Source of the DNA: a virus
Lineage: Duplodnaviria > Caudoviricetes
Reading direction: 5' to 3' (one strand)
DNA length: 62,242 nucleotides
IMG/VR virus record: IMGVR_UViG_3300009183_000009
Coordinates: 1-62,242 of that record
Shown: piece after piece, positions 38,319 through 46,729 of the stretch
Layout of the letters: every line of letters starts with the position of its first letter
Numbering within the stretch: position 1 is the stretch's first letter
Notes under the pieces: model-generated
Told to the model about the DNA's origin: nothing
Seen by the model: only the letters and a program-made list of their open reading frames with translations
Database searches by the model: none
Translations under genes and position numbers: made by a program

Positions 38319-38984
38319 TTAATGTTTTGGATGAAATTCACACGTTTTTACAGCACACCAACCACACAGAGGCGTTTGGTTTGGGTTCCATACATCGTGC
38401 TCAAAGCATGACTCCAAGCGAGCGTAGCGTTCACGGTAGTCCCACCAGTGCTTAGACGCTTCGTCCGAGGTCATACTCATCTTGACCATATCATTTTTTA
38501 CAATAAACATCAACGCTGAGTTGACTCTGCGGATGTGGGGGAAGTGGGCAAACAACATGATAGACATGAGAACAAGTTGGTCTCTGTCAGGATACTTGTT
38601 GTTGCCTGTTTTCCAGTCTGCCACCCACGCCGTCAGGTTCTCATCATCAATGATGATTAAGTCTGCAATGCCTCTGACCCACACGTTGTCATCTTCCCAA
38701 GACACAGGGTTTAGGTTTGCATCCAGCGCCATCTCATACTCAGGCAGTCTGCGCCCTGCCTTTTTCAGCAACGCGTCAACAACAGGTTGGAACTGAGAGT
38801 GCTCGGGCGGTATGGGTTTGCCGTCCTTGATATACAACTCCAAGCTCTCATGCACCTGTGTGCCGTACCGCGTAGCCTCAGTCTCTACAAATGGGTAGTT
38901 CTTCAAGACTTTGATTTCGTGGTAGCGGCGTTGACACCCCTCAAAGTCTTTGAGGGACGAGTGTGACCATGCGGGTTTTTTCAT
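38319..38984 (-). CDS. Cas4/RecB-like PD-(D/E)XK exonuclease
   Basis: WS.S.L..F..C, G..VH, RGIAD, DWKTG, Q, and C..C.....C motifs. Confidence 0.88.
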   Translation of the reverse strand: MKKPAWSHSSLKDFEGCQRRYHEIKVLKNYPFVETEATRYGTQVHESLELYIKDGKPIPPEHSQFQPVVDALLKKAGRRLPEYEMALDANLNPVSWEDDNVWVRGIADLIIIDDENLTAWVADWKTGNNKYPDRDQLVLMSIMLFAHFPHIRRVNSALMFIVKNDMVKMSMTSDEASKHWWDYRERYARLESCFEHDVWNPNQTPLCGWCAVKTCEFHPKH

Positions 38985-39277
38985 AGTTTGGCTGAGTTGA
39001 TTGCTTGCGTTAATCTGTTGGCAAAAGCTGTGACGAAGTTCTCGTTGTCGGTCAAGTCGTTGCCCATATCTTGCAGAATGATGTGCGTCAACTCATGCCA
39101 AAACGTGTCGTCGATTTCTCCTTGTTCAAACGGGTTGCCAAAGTCGTCGTACTTTGCTATCTCAACTAACTTCTTGCGGTAGTACGTGCGCCCCATTGCG
39201 GCGGGGTTCTGTATGGTGTGCCGCCACTCGACGTTGTATGTCGTCGGCCCCACCGTGAACTGCTTCGGTATCTTCAC
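38981..39277 (-). CDS. Small HExxH metallopeptidase-like protein
   Basis: TFWHELTH..L....NE motif; GGAGAAGCAA-GTG start. Confidence 0.7.
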   Translation of the reverse strand: MKIPKQFTVGPTTYNVEWRHTIQNPAAMGRTYYRKKLVEIAKYDDFGNPFEQGEIDDTFWHELTHIILQDMGNDLTDNENFVTAFANRLTQAINSAKL

Positions 39278-39287
39278 TTGCTTCTCC

Positions 39288-41255
39288 TTATGATTTTGCT
39301 AGTCCATATCTACGGTGCGCACCACCGTCAGCGGCCAAGGGTATCCCCGGCATGTAACTCGGCTCCATAGTCATCTGCGCCAAGACCCAAGTCTTCGCGT
39401 CAACAACTTCTGCGTCAGGCACCAACACGATCTGTTCATCGTGCACAGTACCAACCACAGGGTATCTCTTTGTCACCCTCAACATTCCATCGGTCATGAC
39501 AATGCGTGCCAATGCCTGCGTAACATTGTTTGTTATTTTTCCTGCATACAACTTCGTTGCACGCTCTCCGTACACCCACTGCGTTTTGCCTTTATCGTCT
39601 AACTCAGGGCGCAGATTTGGGTACAGAAGTTTCATTCCGTTTGGTAATTCTATCTCGCCTTTGCGGAATGTCAAACACTTGTGCGTGTACTCTTTGCCCA
39701 AATACAGCGACTTGTATATAAGCTCACTGAACAACGCCCACAACGCCACGATAGGCCAAGCAGTCCGGCGGTATGAGTCAATGATTGCCTTGGCGGCAAG
39801 GGCATGAGTCAAGAGTTCCTTGTCAGAACAAGTGTGGGGGATGTCAAACAGCTTGTCGTCGTTGCCGTCCCACTCCACAAACTTCTGCGCGTACTCAGAA
39901 CTCACCCCCAGTGCTTTGGCAAAGTCTTTGGAGTACCTGACTGGCGGTGCGCCAAGGAAGCCAGTTAGAAGTTGCGACGCAAAGGATGCCCAACCGAGGC
40001 CATACCCACAACCGAGTAGGGCACTCTTCGCAGATTGTCTAAGATCTGGATGGGAATCTTTGGTGAGGTTTGGTATGTTGAACATCTGAGCCCCGAACGC
40101 CGCATAAGGGTCACCGCCTGCCCTGAAGATGTCAAGCATATCTTGGTAGTCACCAAGCCACGCGAGTACTCGCGGTTCAATTTGCGATAAATCCCCAACG
40201 ACAAGTTGATAGCCTTCGGGAGCCATAATTGCTTTGCGTAGGAAACTACCTCGCTTGAGGTTTTGCATGTTGATTGCACTGCCCTTTGCCGCCGTCCACC
40301 TGCCCGAGAGAGCACCGTAATACGATAAAGGTACAGGTAACTTGCCGCGCTGGGATATATCGAGGAAGCGCTGGGCTCTGGTTCGTTCGGTCGTAGACTT
40401 AACCCGAAGGCGTGCTTCGCAAAGGAGGGCAACGTCCTCACGTTCACCATTGAGCAACGCTTGGAAGAGGGCGTCGTTCTTTGCCAGCGCGAGCGTTTGC
40501 TTGCCGGTAGTTTTACTAATTTTTGTGGGGGCAACAACCCCGAGGCTTTTAAGTATGTCAGCAAACTTCGGGTTCGACGCAAGTTCAGTTTCTTGTATGC
40601 CGAGCTTTTGTAATAGACCTTCACGTGTTTCTCCTTCTTCTGTTAGTGCCTTGATAAGCATCTTGTGGTCAAGCTCAAGCGTTGGTCGTGTGTACATCTT
40701 GAGCGTCATGTCGATAAGCCTTAGCTCACTCTTGGGGTATCCTTTGACCAAGCGATCAAAGATTCGTTCGCATAGATATACGTCGTGTTTGCAATAGTCT
40801 GCAAGTTCAGATTCCACGAGCGCGTCCAGCTCGGCCATACCATCGGTACTATGCACGGCTGTCCCTTTTGGGGGAAGATTAAAATCTCCCGCAAGTTTGG
40901 CGAGACTGTTGCCAACTTCCACGCCGCGTAAAGCTCTCGCCATTGACAGGGTGTCGAAGATAAAGGCTGGTCTAGCGTTATATATCCACTCCATAATGGA
41001 TACATCGAACTGTGCGTTGTGCGCAAGCACTGCGGTTCGTCCCCAGTCGATTCCAAAAAAGAATTCAGGTAGGTCTGATCCTCTAACCCATCTAATGTCG
41101 TCTGCGCTTCCGTACTCATGGACACAAGCGCCGAAAGATATGAACCTTTTATCACGTATGTACTCCTCAGTTGTCATCTTTGATAACGTGTAGTCACGCT
41201 TGTCCCACCGAGTTTCAAAGTCGATGGTCAGTATCCTGTCAAATGGTTTAGTCAA
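39288..41255 (-). CDS. polA: Family A DNA polymerase with 3'-5' exonuclease (Leu762 type)
   Basis: IDFET, AHNAQFD, YC..D exonuclease motifs; DLSQIE.R (A), R..AK...LG..YG (B), TVHDE (C). Confidence 0.95.
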   Translation of the reverse strand: MTKPFDRILTIDFETRWDKRDYTLSKMTTEEYIRDKRFISFGACVHEYGSADDIRWVRGSDLPEFFFGIDWGRTAVLAHNAQFDVSIMEWIYNARPAFIFDTLSMARALRGVEVGNSLAKLAGDFNLPPKGTAVHSTDGMAELDALVESELADYCKHDVYLCERIFDRLVKGYPKSELRLIDMTLKMYTRPTLELDHKMLIKALTEEGETREGLLQKLGIQETELASNPKFADILKSLGVVAPTKISKTTGKQTLALAKNDALFQALLNGEREDVALLCEARLRVKSTTERTRAQRFLDISQRGKLPVPLSYYGALSGRWTAAKGSAINMQNLKRGSFLRKAIMAPEGYQLVVGDLSQIEPRVLAWLGDYQDMLDIFRAGGDPYAAFGAQMFNIPNLTKDSHPDLRQSAKSALLGCGYGLGWASFASQLLTGFLGAPPVRYSKDFAKALGVSSEYAQKFVEWDGNDDKLFDIPHTCSDKELLTHALAAKAIIDSYRRTAWPIVALWALFSELIYKSLYLGKEYTHKCLTFRKGEIELPNGMKLLYPNLRPELDDKGKTQWVYGERATKLYAGKITNNVTQALARIVMTDGMLRVTKRYPVVGTVHDEQIVLVPDAEVVDAKTWVLAQMTMEPSYMPGIPLAADGGAHRRYGLAKS

Positions 41256-41518
41256 TTAAATGCCTCCTTTGGCGGTGCGCCAGCCATATTTAGATAGCCG
41301 AAAAAATCATTTGCCTCGAGCAAAAGCTCCGCAGCTTCCATATCATCAGCGTTCATGGTGATGAGTCCTGCCATCTCCCCCTTCGACTTGATGAGCAGTA
41401 CCGCTTGGTCTGGGTCATCGCCGTAGCACCTGACCAGTTGCAGTACGACCATCTTGAAGTGCTCACGCTCTTCCTCAGTCATTACTGTGAGTCGTTGTTC
41501 GATTGCGTCTTGTTCCAT
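41252..41518 (-). CDS. Hypothetical protein
   Basis: GAGGAG RBS; overlaps the polA start. Confidence 0.7.
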   Translation of the reverse strand: MEQDAIEQRLTVMTEEEREHFKMVVLQLVRCYGDDPDQAVLLIKSKGEMAGLITMNADDMEAAELLLEANDFFGYLNMAGAPPKEAFN

Positions 41519-41796
41519 AGTAGCTCCTCTAGTTCGTTGATGTTGTCTTCGTTGATGACCATTGACACCCCCCCTGACCTGCGTATGCGGTACAGGTTGT
41601 CCTCTTGTAAAGTTGTTGGTTTATTCTTTCCTGCCTTTGCTTCAATGCCAACAAATCTGCCGTTGACGCAGACCAAGAAGTCAGGCACGCCTGAGTTTCC
41701 ATAACCTGTGCCAATAGGCATAGCGTAGTACACGCCTGATGCTTCCAACAGTTTGCGTATCTGCTTCTTTACTTTTACTTCGGGTGTCGATGCCAT
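41482..41796 (-). CDS. VRR-NUC domain nuclease / Holliday junction resolvase-like
   Basis: PE..VK..I, GVPD, IEAK....PT.LQ. Confidence 0.88.
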   Translation of the reverse strand: MASTPEVKVKKQIRKLLEASGVYYAMPIGTGYGNSGVPDFLVCVNGRFVGIEAKAGKNKPTTLQEDNLYRIRRSGGVSMVINEDNINELEELLWNKTQSNNDSQ

Positions 41797-41809
41797 ACAG
41801 TTTCCTTTG

Positions 41810-41970
41810 AATTGGTGAGGGGGTCAAGTAGATTACACGCCCCCTCGGTCGTGTTGTGGAGTGAATGCAGAAGCTCACTTTCCAAAGGGCTAACACCCCC
41901 GCATCCAACAAAACGTGTTCGCATCTACTAGGCTTGCACGCGGTGTTCAATTAAATTGTTAGCCCTTTTG
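41810..41970 (-). ncRNA. Candidate structured RNA with kissing-loop / pseudoknot pairings
   Basis: Complementary pairs at 41884-41895/41957-41968 (12 bp), 41817-41823/41840-41846 (7 bp) and loop-loop 41827-41833/41923-41929 (7 bp) in an intergenic gap. Confidence 0.6.
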
Positions 41971-42111
41971 TTTTTTGTCTCTGATGTCTTGTAGCATTTT
42001 TCTCAGCCATGTTCCTCCTCCTAGTTTTATGTACTCCTCATACTCACTCTGTGTTACACGTATGCCAATGGCTTTGCCACTCTTGGTTAACTCACTCTTT
42101 GGTCTCGGCAT
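41959..42111 (-). CDS. 50-aa ribbon-helix-helix-like DNA-binding protein (absent from ORF track)
   Basis: Translated by hand: MPRPKSELTKSGKAIGIRVTQSEYEEYIKLGGGTWLRKMLQDIRDKKQKG. Confidence 0.7.
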   Translation of the reverse strand: MPRPKSELTKSGKAIGIRVTQSEYEEYIKLGGGTWLRKMLQDIRDKKQKG

Positions 42112-42298
42112 CTTTTCTCATCCTTACTATTGAATCTTGAAAACGATATTCACAACTGTGTTGGTCGCCAGCTTGTTTAGTTAAGAACACCAATCTACAC
42201 TCTGTGCAATACCACGCCGTCCCTTGTGCAACGACAGTCGTCTTGTCTTGATGTATCCCTTTGGTTCTCCCAAAGAATGTGCGTATCTTCTCAATCAT
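42092..42298 (-). CDS. Small Zn-finger protein (C..C...H.C)
   Basis: WYCTECRLVF......HSC. Confidence 0.65.
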   Translation of the reverse strand: MIEKIRTFFGRTKGIHQDKTTVVAQGTAWYCTECRLVFLTKQAGDQHSCEYRFQDSIVRMRKDAETKE

Positions 42299-42510
42299 GC
42301 GTCATCCTCTGCGTGTTGCGCCAATCGCCTCTCCAGCCTTTGAATACGCTCTTCGTTGTAGTGCATAGCAGCATTGGCATACTCAGCGGCAGTCTCAGCT
42401 TCCAACTTACGCAAGTGCGCCTGTCGTAGCTCTACTTTAATCACTTCGGAGATAGTCCTTGCTCTGAGAATATCCTTGATGTATTTGATTGTGATTTCTC
42501 GGAAGTTCAT
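42295..42510 (-). CDS. Hypothetical helical protein
   Basis: AGGAG RBS; ATGA overlaps at both ends. Confidence 0.7.
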   Translation of the reverse strand: MNFREITIKYIKDILRARTISEVIKVELRQAHLRKLEAETAAEYANAAMHYNEERIQRLERRLAQHAEDDA

Positions 42511-42782
42511 GTGTTCTTCTCCTTAAGCTTTTCTTCAATAGCAACGGCGAAAAGACCCCACATTTGGATTTTTCTGTCCTTTTCGGCATAGATTTCGCCA
42601 AGCACTTCAATCTCTTCAACCGTCAAACCTACCCATTTGCGCTTGCCCCTCCACTCATCCCACTGCTTCATTTTTTCATCGTTCAATAGCTGTGCAAATC
42701 GGTATATCTCAGGGGTCATTTCTTTTATGCCAGCTTCAGCACCAAGCCTGTCCAGCTTTGCAATCAATCGCTCAGTCATCAT
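42507..42782 (-). CDS. Hypothetical protein (WVGLT.EEI...FA.AIE.KLKEKN tail)
   Basis: GGAGG RBS; C-terminal motif frequent in small phage genes. Confidence 0.7.
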   Translation of the reverse strand: MMTERLIAKLDRLGAEAGIKEMTPEIYRFAQLLNDEKMKQWDEWRGKRKWVGLTVEEIEVLGEIYAEKDRKIQMWGLFAVAIEEKLKEKNT

Positions 42783-42903
42783 CGCCTCCGTTCTGCGTTG
42801 TGTAAATCATCCAACCAATCATCGCGCATACAAAGACAAACATAATAGCGCCTAGTGCCAACATCGTTGCCATTACAAGAATGCTCGTAATCATTTCTAC
42901 CAT
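42772..42903 (-). CDS. 43-aa single-TM membrane protein (absent from ORF track)
   Basis: MVEMITSILVMATMLALGAIMFVFVCAMIGWMIYTTQNGGDDD; GGAGG RBS; fills the gap exactly. Confidence 0.65.
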   Translation of the reverse strand: MVEMITSILVMATMLALGAIMFVFVCAMIGWMIYTTQNGGDDD

Positions 42904-42904
42904 G

Positions 42905-43402
42905 TCAACCTCCGAAGATTTTCTTCAGCGCATCGTACATGGCACGAGCTTGCATGATGCTCATGGTGTTGAGTACCGCATCAACATCCCACACCAGTCT
43001 TTGCGTAGGCTGAGCACTGAGGGCGGCGATGCCCTCACCGCGTGTAGCTTTGGCTTTCTGTATAACTTGCGTGGCTTTGATTTGCTTGCGTACTTTTATG
43101 GGTGAGTACTCGTTGGCTATCGTCGTGTAGTTGCTGTTCGCATCCCTCATGCACAAACCATTCTTAACAAACTGCGTGAGTAGTGAGCCAATAGATGACG
43201 GCTTGTATCCCTGCTTCTCCAACGCCGCGCAGATGGTCTTGCACGACTGGTGTGGGTTGTTCTTCACGAAGTCGAATGTTGCTCGTGTTACGTTGTTGCT
43301 AACTTTAAAATGTGGCACGTGTTTCATTTTTTTCTCCTGTTGTTGACTATCTAGCTCCCATTCGCTGAGTATTCCAGTCAGCGCAGTTTTTATATCAGGC
43401 AT
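42905..43402 (-). CDS. Winged-helix-like DNA-binding protein
   Basis: F.FVK.NP...I...L...G....SIGSLL.Q..K.G pattern; GAGG RBS. Confidence 0.6.
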   Translation of the reverse strand: MPDIKTALTGILSEWELDSQQQEKKMKHVPHFKVSNNVTRATFDFVKNNPHQSCKTICAALEKQGYKPSSIGSLLTQFVKNGLCMRDANSNYTTIANEYSPIKVRKQIKATQVIQKAKATRGEGIAALSAQPTQRLVWDVDAVLNTMSIMQARAMYDALKKIFGG

Positions 43403-43417
43403 GAGTGTTCCCTCCTC

Positions 43418-44296
43418 TTAGAAATTAAACTTGTCGAGTATTGCATCGACATTCTTCTTGACATCCTGTCGGATGGTCTCGTCTTTACGCAACTCGCTAG
43501 GAGTCACGCCTACCAACAACTGCTCAAGCTCACGCCGCGCTGTCTCCAACGCAGGGTCATTGGTAATGTTGAGTGACTTAGCTAAGTCACACATCTCTAG
43601 CGCACCATCGACAAGGGTGTCGTGGAAGCGTCGAGTCTTAGCCTCACCCTGCACGTAGTCAGTAGTGAGTCTGTCAGAGATACGCTTGAGTCGTTCACCC
43701 AGTCGAGCACGAACATCTGCCATAGCGTAGTCGATGCGTTCCTGAGTTAGTGACTCAAGCTTAGCCTTGAGTTCTTCCTGCGCCTTGTTGCCCACATCCA
43801 CTCGGAAGTCACCCGCTGTTGGCACGGGCATGTAGTTGACGCGGAATGAGAACTTGGTAACCAAGTCGTTGGGGGTTGGGAAGTCATCTCGTCTAAACAT
43901 ATCACCAAGAGCCATAGCCTGTGCTGTGATAAGCGAGGGGTAGATGGTGATGAATGCCTTGACCAATGCGGCAATCTCCTCATCGAACTCGTTCATGCGT
44001 TCAGCAAACTTAATGAAGCGCGTGTTGGGTAACAAGCGCAGACCAGAGTCAGACCAAGGCGATGTGTTGTCGTACACATACTGACGAGCACGACCGACTG
44101 CTTGTTGGATGACCTCCAACTCTGTGCGACCTGCGAGCAGGTGCTTGTTGACACGCGCCGCATCCTTGGCGGCGTGCTTGTTTGTTGTGACCTCATCGGT
44201 AGTGGACTTGTCCAGCTTGCGAGCCGTCCACACAGAGGCGTTGAATTCCACCAGCATTGCACAGGTGTCGATGTTGAAGCGAGGTGTTGTGTTCAT
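43418..44296 (-). CDS. Conserved helical phage protein (DUF3150-like) partnered with the AAA/vWA pair
   Basis: W...K.D, K.LL, T.PW...G.RLLP, F...DFP, LNIT.DP.LE motifs; synteny. Confidence 0.6.
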   Translation of the reverse strand: MNTTPRFNIDTCAMLVEFNASVWTARKLDKSTTDEVTTNKHAAKDAARVNKHLLAGRTELEVIQQAVGRARQYVYDNTSPWSDSGLRLLPNTRFIKFAERMNEFDEEIAALVKAFITIYPSLITAQAMALGDMFRRDDFPTPNDLVTKFSFRVNYMPVPTAGDFRVDVGNKAQEELKAKLESLTQERIDYAMADVRARLGERLKRISDRLTTDYVQGEAKTRRFHDTLVDGALEMCDLAKSLNITNDPALETARRELEQLLVGVTPSELRKDETIRQDVKKNVDAILDKFNF

Positions 44297-44318
44297 ATTG
44301 AATACTCCTTTTAGTTAC

Positions 44319-45443
44319 TTACTTGGTTGAGAAAAAGATTTTGTGTTCAGCCAACATCTTGCCGAAGTCGGTCAAGGTGATGAACAAGTCCACACGCTGA
44401 GATGTAGCCACGGTGTTGCAGAAGATTGACTGCATCTCTGCACGCATACGCCACACGTATGTGACGATTGCTTCTGCTTCTGTTCTATCCTTGGCACGCG
44501 ATACGAACTGGAAGACTTGAATCAACTGAGCAGTAGGGTTGGTAGACAAAGGTGCAGTCGCAGGGTCTTTGATGACACGCGCATAGTCACAAATCTCACG
44601 ACCAAAGCGAACGAACGATGCCAACGCTTCAGCAGTTGTGTAACCGACAGTACCAATCAACGCTTGCTCAATGGTTGTGTCGTCGAGTATGCCAAGACCC
44701 TCATCCAAGATGTCACCAGCGGCGGCAAGTGAGCGAGGTGTCGCGTATGCTTGCTGTGTTGACTTGGGATTGAAGACGAAGCCATTGTCCTTAGACATAT
44801 CCTTGCCCTCGTATGCACCACCCTTCTCGTAGTCAAGGAACGATGCCATGACGCGAGGCTCGTTGGATACGAACGCGATGACCATAGGATTGATACCGGC
44901 ATCGGTTGCCCACTTGACCCACTCTTCAGCGGTAGGCTTACGCATCTTCACGAACACAAGACGATTACGCAAGTGAGCTTGGATGGAGTCACCGAGACCC
45001 TCGATTGAAAGATTGGTAGCGGCAAAGATAACGCTACCCTCAACGAAGTGGAGGTTACCAACGCGTTGCTCGTAGACGATAGGCGCAAGCACATTCTTGA
45101 TGAACTGCGGTGCCTTGGCTATCTCATCTAAGAACACCATGATTGGCTTGCCACCATTGACGCCACGCTGATTGGTCTTGCTAACACCGAAGCGTTCGTT
45201 GGGAAGCTCACGCGAGATGCCGTTCTCGCGGTCAAGGTCAGGCATCCATACAGAGCCATCGGACAACTGAGTGCAGTCGATGGGGTCAACGGCAATGTGA
45301 TTGGCAAACTTGGGAAGACGCTTGAGTTGATGGAACAACGCGGTCTTGCCGATGCCGTTCTCGCCCTCGACGATTACTGTACGCTTGTGACCCACAGCGG
45401 CGATGAGGTTGATGACTTGAGAAGAAGAAAGATATTGATTCAT
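44319..45443 (-). CDS. MoxR/dynein-related AAA+ ATPase
   Basis: GENGIGKT Walker A, VFLDE Walker B, AATN sensor, LRNR finger, TPRS. Confidence 0.88.
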   Translation of the reverse strand: MNQYLSSSQVINLIAAVGHKRTVIVEGENGIGKTALFHQLKRLPKFANHIAVDPIDCTQLSDGSVWMPDLDRENGISRELPNERFGVSKTNQRGVNGGKPIMVFLDEIAKAPQFIKNVLAPIVYEQRVGNLHFVEGSVIFAATNLSIEGLGDSIQAHLRNRLVFVKMRKPTAEEWVKWATDAGINPMVIAFVSNEPRVMASFLDYEKGGAYEGKDMSKDNGFVFNPKSTQQAYATPRSLAAAGDILDEGLGILDDTTIEQALIGTVGYTTAEALASFVRFGREICDYARVIKDPATAPLSTNPTAQLIQVFQFVSRAKDRTEAEAIVTYVWRMRAEMQSIFCNTVATSQRVDLFITLTDFGKMLAEHKIFFSTK

Positions 45444-45468
45444 GTTGATTACTCCAAAGGTTGATTGA

Positions 45469-46662
45469 TTAAACAGAGATACGAACTAACTTGCCGTGAG
45501 TGGGAACGAAGTCTTCGTTCTCCACCACACCCCACAGAGACGGCATCGGGGTATTCGGGGTATCGCAACCGAGGTAGCCATCAGTCAGCCACACGATTGC
45601 TTTAGCATTGATTTTGTGGTGCAGTATGTAGTCAACAACTGCTTGCGGTGTAGTGCCGCCACCACCTTGAGGTTTGAGTAGTGTCGCAATCTGCTCGTAG
45701 TCAACAGGCTTGAACACTTGGTCACCGCACACACCATCGTCCCACCACAAGATGCGAACAGACTCGGGTCTTACTTGCGTGAGCATACGAGCAATCTCAC
45801 CGAAGATGAGTCGATAGTATGGCGACATCGAACCTGATGTATCGGGTGCAAGGATAAGCTCACCGACTGTCTCGTTGAAGTGCGATGGCATGATGAAGCC
45901 CGATGCAAGCAAGCGCTTGTTGGGAGGACAGAAGCGTGAGTTCTCGTCGCCACTACACACAGACACAAGCCAGTCCTGCATAGCCTCGACATAGTTGGTT
46001 GTGCGTTCCTTGGCTGTGCCGAAGATGTCACGACCCCCCTTGCCCTTGCCTGCCAACTTACGCGCAAGCATCTCGCCTTGACGATTGGCATCGTCAACAT
46101 TCTTGCTGTGCTCTTGCTCATCCTCTAAGTCATCGAACACAGGGTCTTCATGCACATCGATAGGTTCATCGAAGTCATCGCCACTACCATTGCCATGCTT
46201 GTCAGGTTCTTTGCGACCTTGCTTGATGAGGTCATTGAGCACCTGAGGGAATGACCAACCGAAGTACTTGCGGTCAATGCACAGCGTATCAGTAGGTCTC
46301 TCAACGAATGTGAAGTTAGGGTCAAGCTCTTCGATGAGAGCATTGACCACATAGTCCTGCGCGATGTTGGAAAGCCTCGGCATTGCTCTGGTCTCTCTCC
46401 TGTACAGGATGCAATGCTTGAGTGCCACATGAAAGTTCTCATGCAGTACAAGGTAGCGCAGTTGCTTGCGGTTGAGTGGTGCGATAAATTCCTCGCCATA
46501 CTTCTTGTCACGCCCATTGGTTGCGGCTGTGGGTGTGGTCTTTGAGACCTCTGACTTGCCCATACATATCACACCGCTGAGCAGTGCATATTGTGGGTGC
46601 CGCATACAGTCAATGTTCGCGGCTTGTACACGCTGGTTGAGCGTCATCTTCTCGAATGTCAT
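45469..46662 (-). CDS. Metallopeptidase-vWA domain protein (DUF2201-like)
   Basis: TAATNG, HENFH..H, N.AQD..VN; MIDAS DTSGS, GGGGT, LTDG. Confidence 0.88.
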   Translation of the reverse strand: MTFEKMTLNQRVQAANIDCMRHPQYALLSGVICMGKSEVSKTTPTAATNGRDKKYGEEFIAPLNRKQLRYLVLHENFHVALKHCILYRRETRAMPRLSNIAQDYVVNALIEELDPNFTFVERPTDTLCIDRKYFGWSFPQVLNDLIKQGRKEPDKHGNGSGDDFDEPIDVHEDPVFDDLEDEQEHSKNVDDANRQGEMLARKLAGKGKGGRDIFGTAKERTTNYVEAMQDWLVSVCSGDENSRFCPPNKRLLASGFIMPSHFNETVGELILAPDTSGSMSPYYRLIFGEIARMLTQVRPESVRILWWDDGVCGDQVFKPVDYEQIATLLKPQGGGGTTPQAVVDYILHHKINAKAIVWLTDGYLGCDTPNTPMPSLWGVVENEDFVPTHGKLVRISV

Positions 46663-46689
46663 AGTGCTTCTCCTGTAGTGTTTGACATT

Positions 46690-46718
46690 ATTCTAACATA
46701 GGTGTCCAAGATTAGACA
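46690..46718 (-). promoter_or_regulatory. Extended -10 promoter with TGTC-N8-GACA operator
   Basis: TGtTAGAAT on the minus strand at 46690-46698; palindrome TGTCCAAGATTAGACA at 46703-46718. Confidence 0.55.
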
Positions 46719-46729
46719 CCCTCGGGTTT

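Noticed and set aside
38319-38984. Cas4-like nuclease as part of a CRISPR system
   Set aside because: No other cas genes or repeat-spacer array; solo Cas4-like nucleases are common in phage replication modules.
39288-41255. DpoZ-type polymerase or modified-base genome
   Set aside because: No purZ, datZ or other base-modification genes are recognisable.
41827-41929. AGTAGAT/ATCTACT resembling the Cas12a repeat stem (RNA anti-CRISPR)
   Set aside because: The halves are in the opposite order and about 90 nt apart; the short match is better explained as a loop-loop pair.
41681-41950. 89-aa ORF across the structured RNA region
   Set aside because: TTG start without an RBS, out-of-frame overlap with VRR-NUC and no protein-like features; base-pairing explains the region better.
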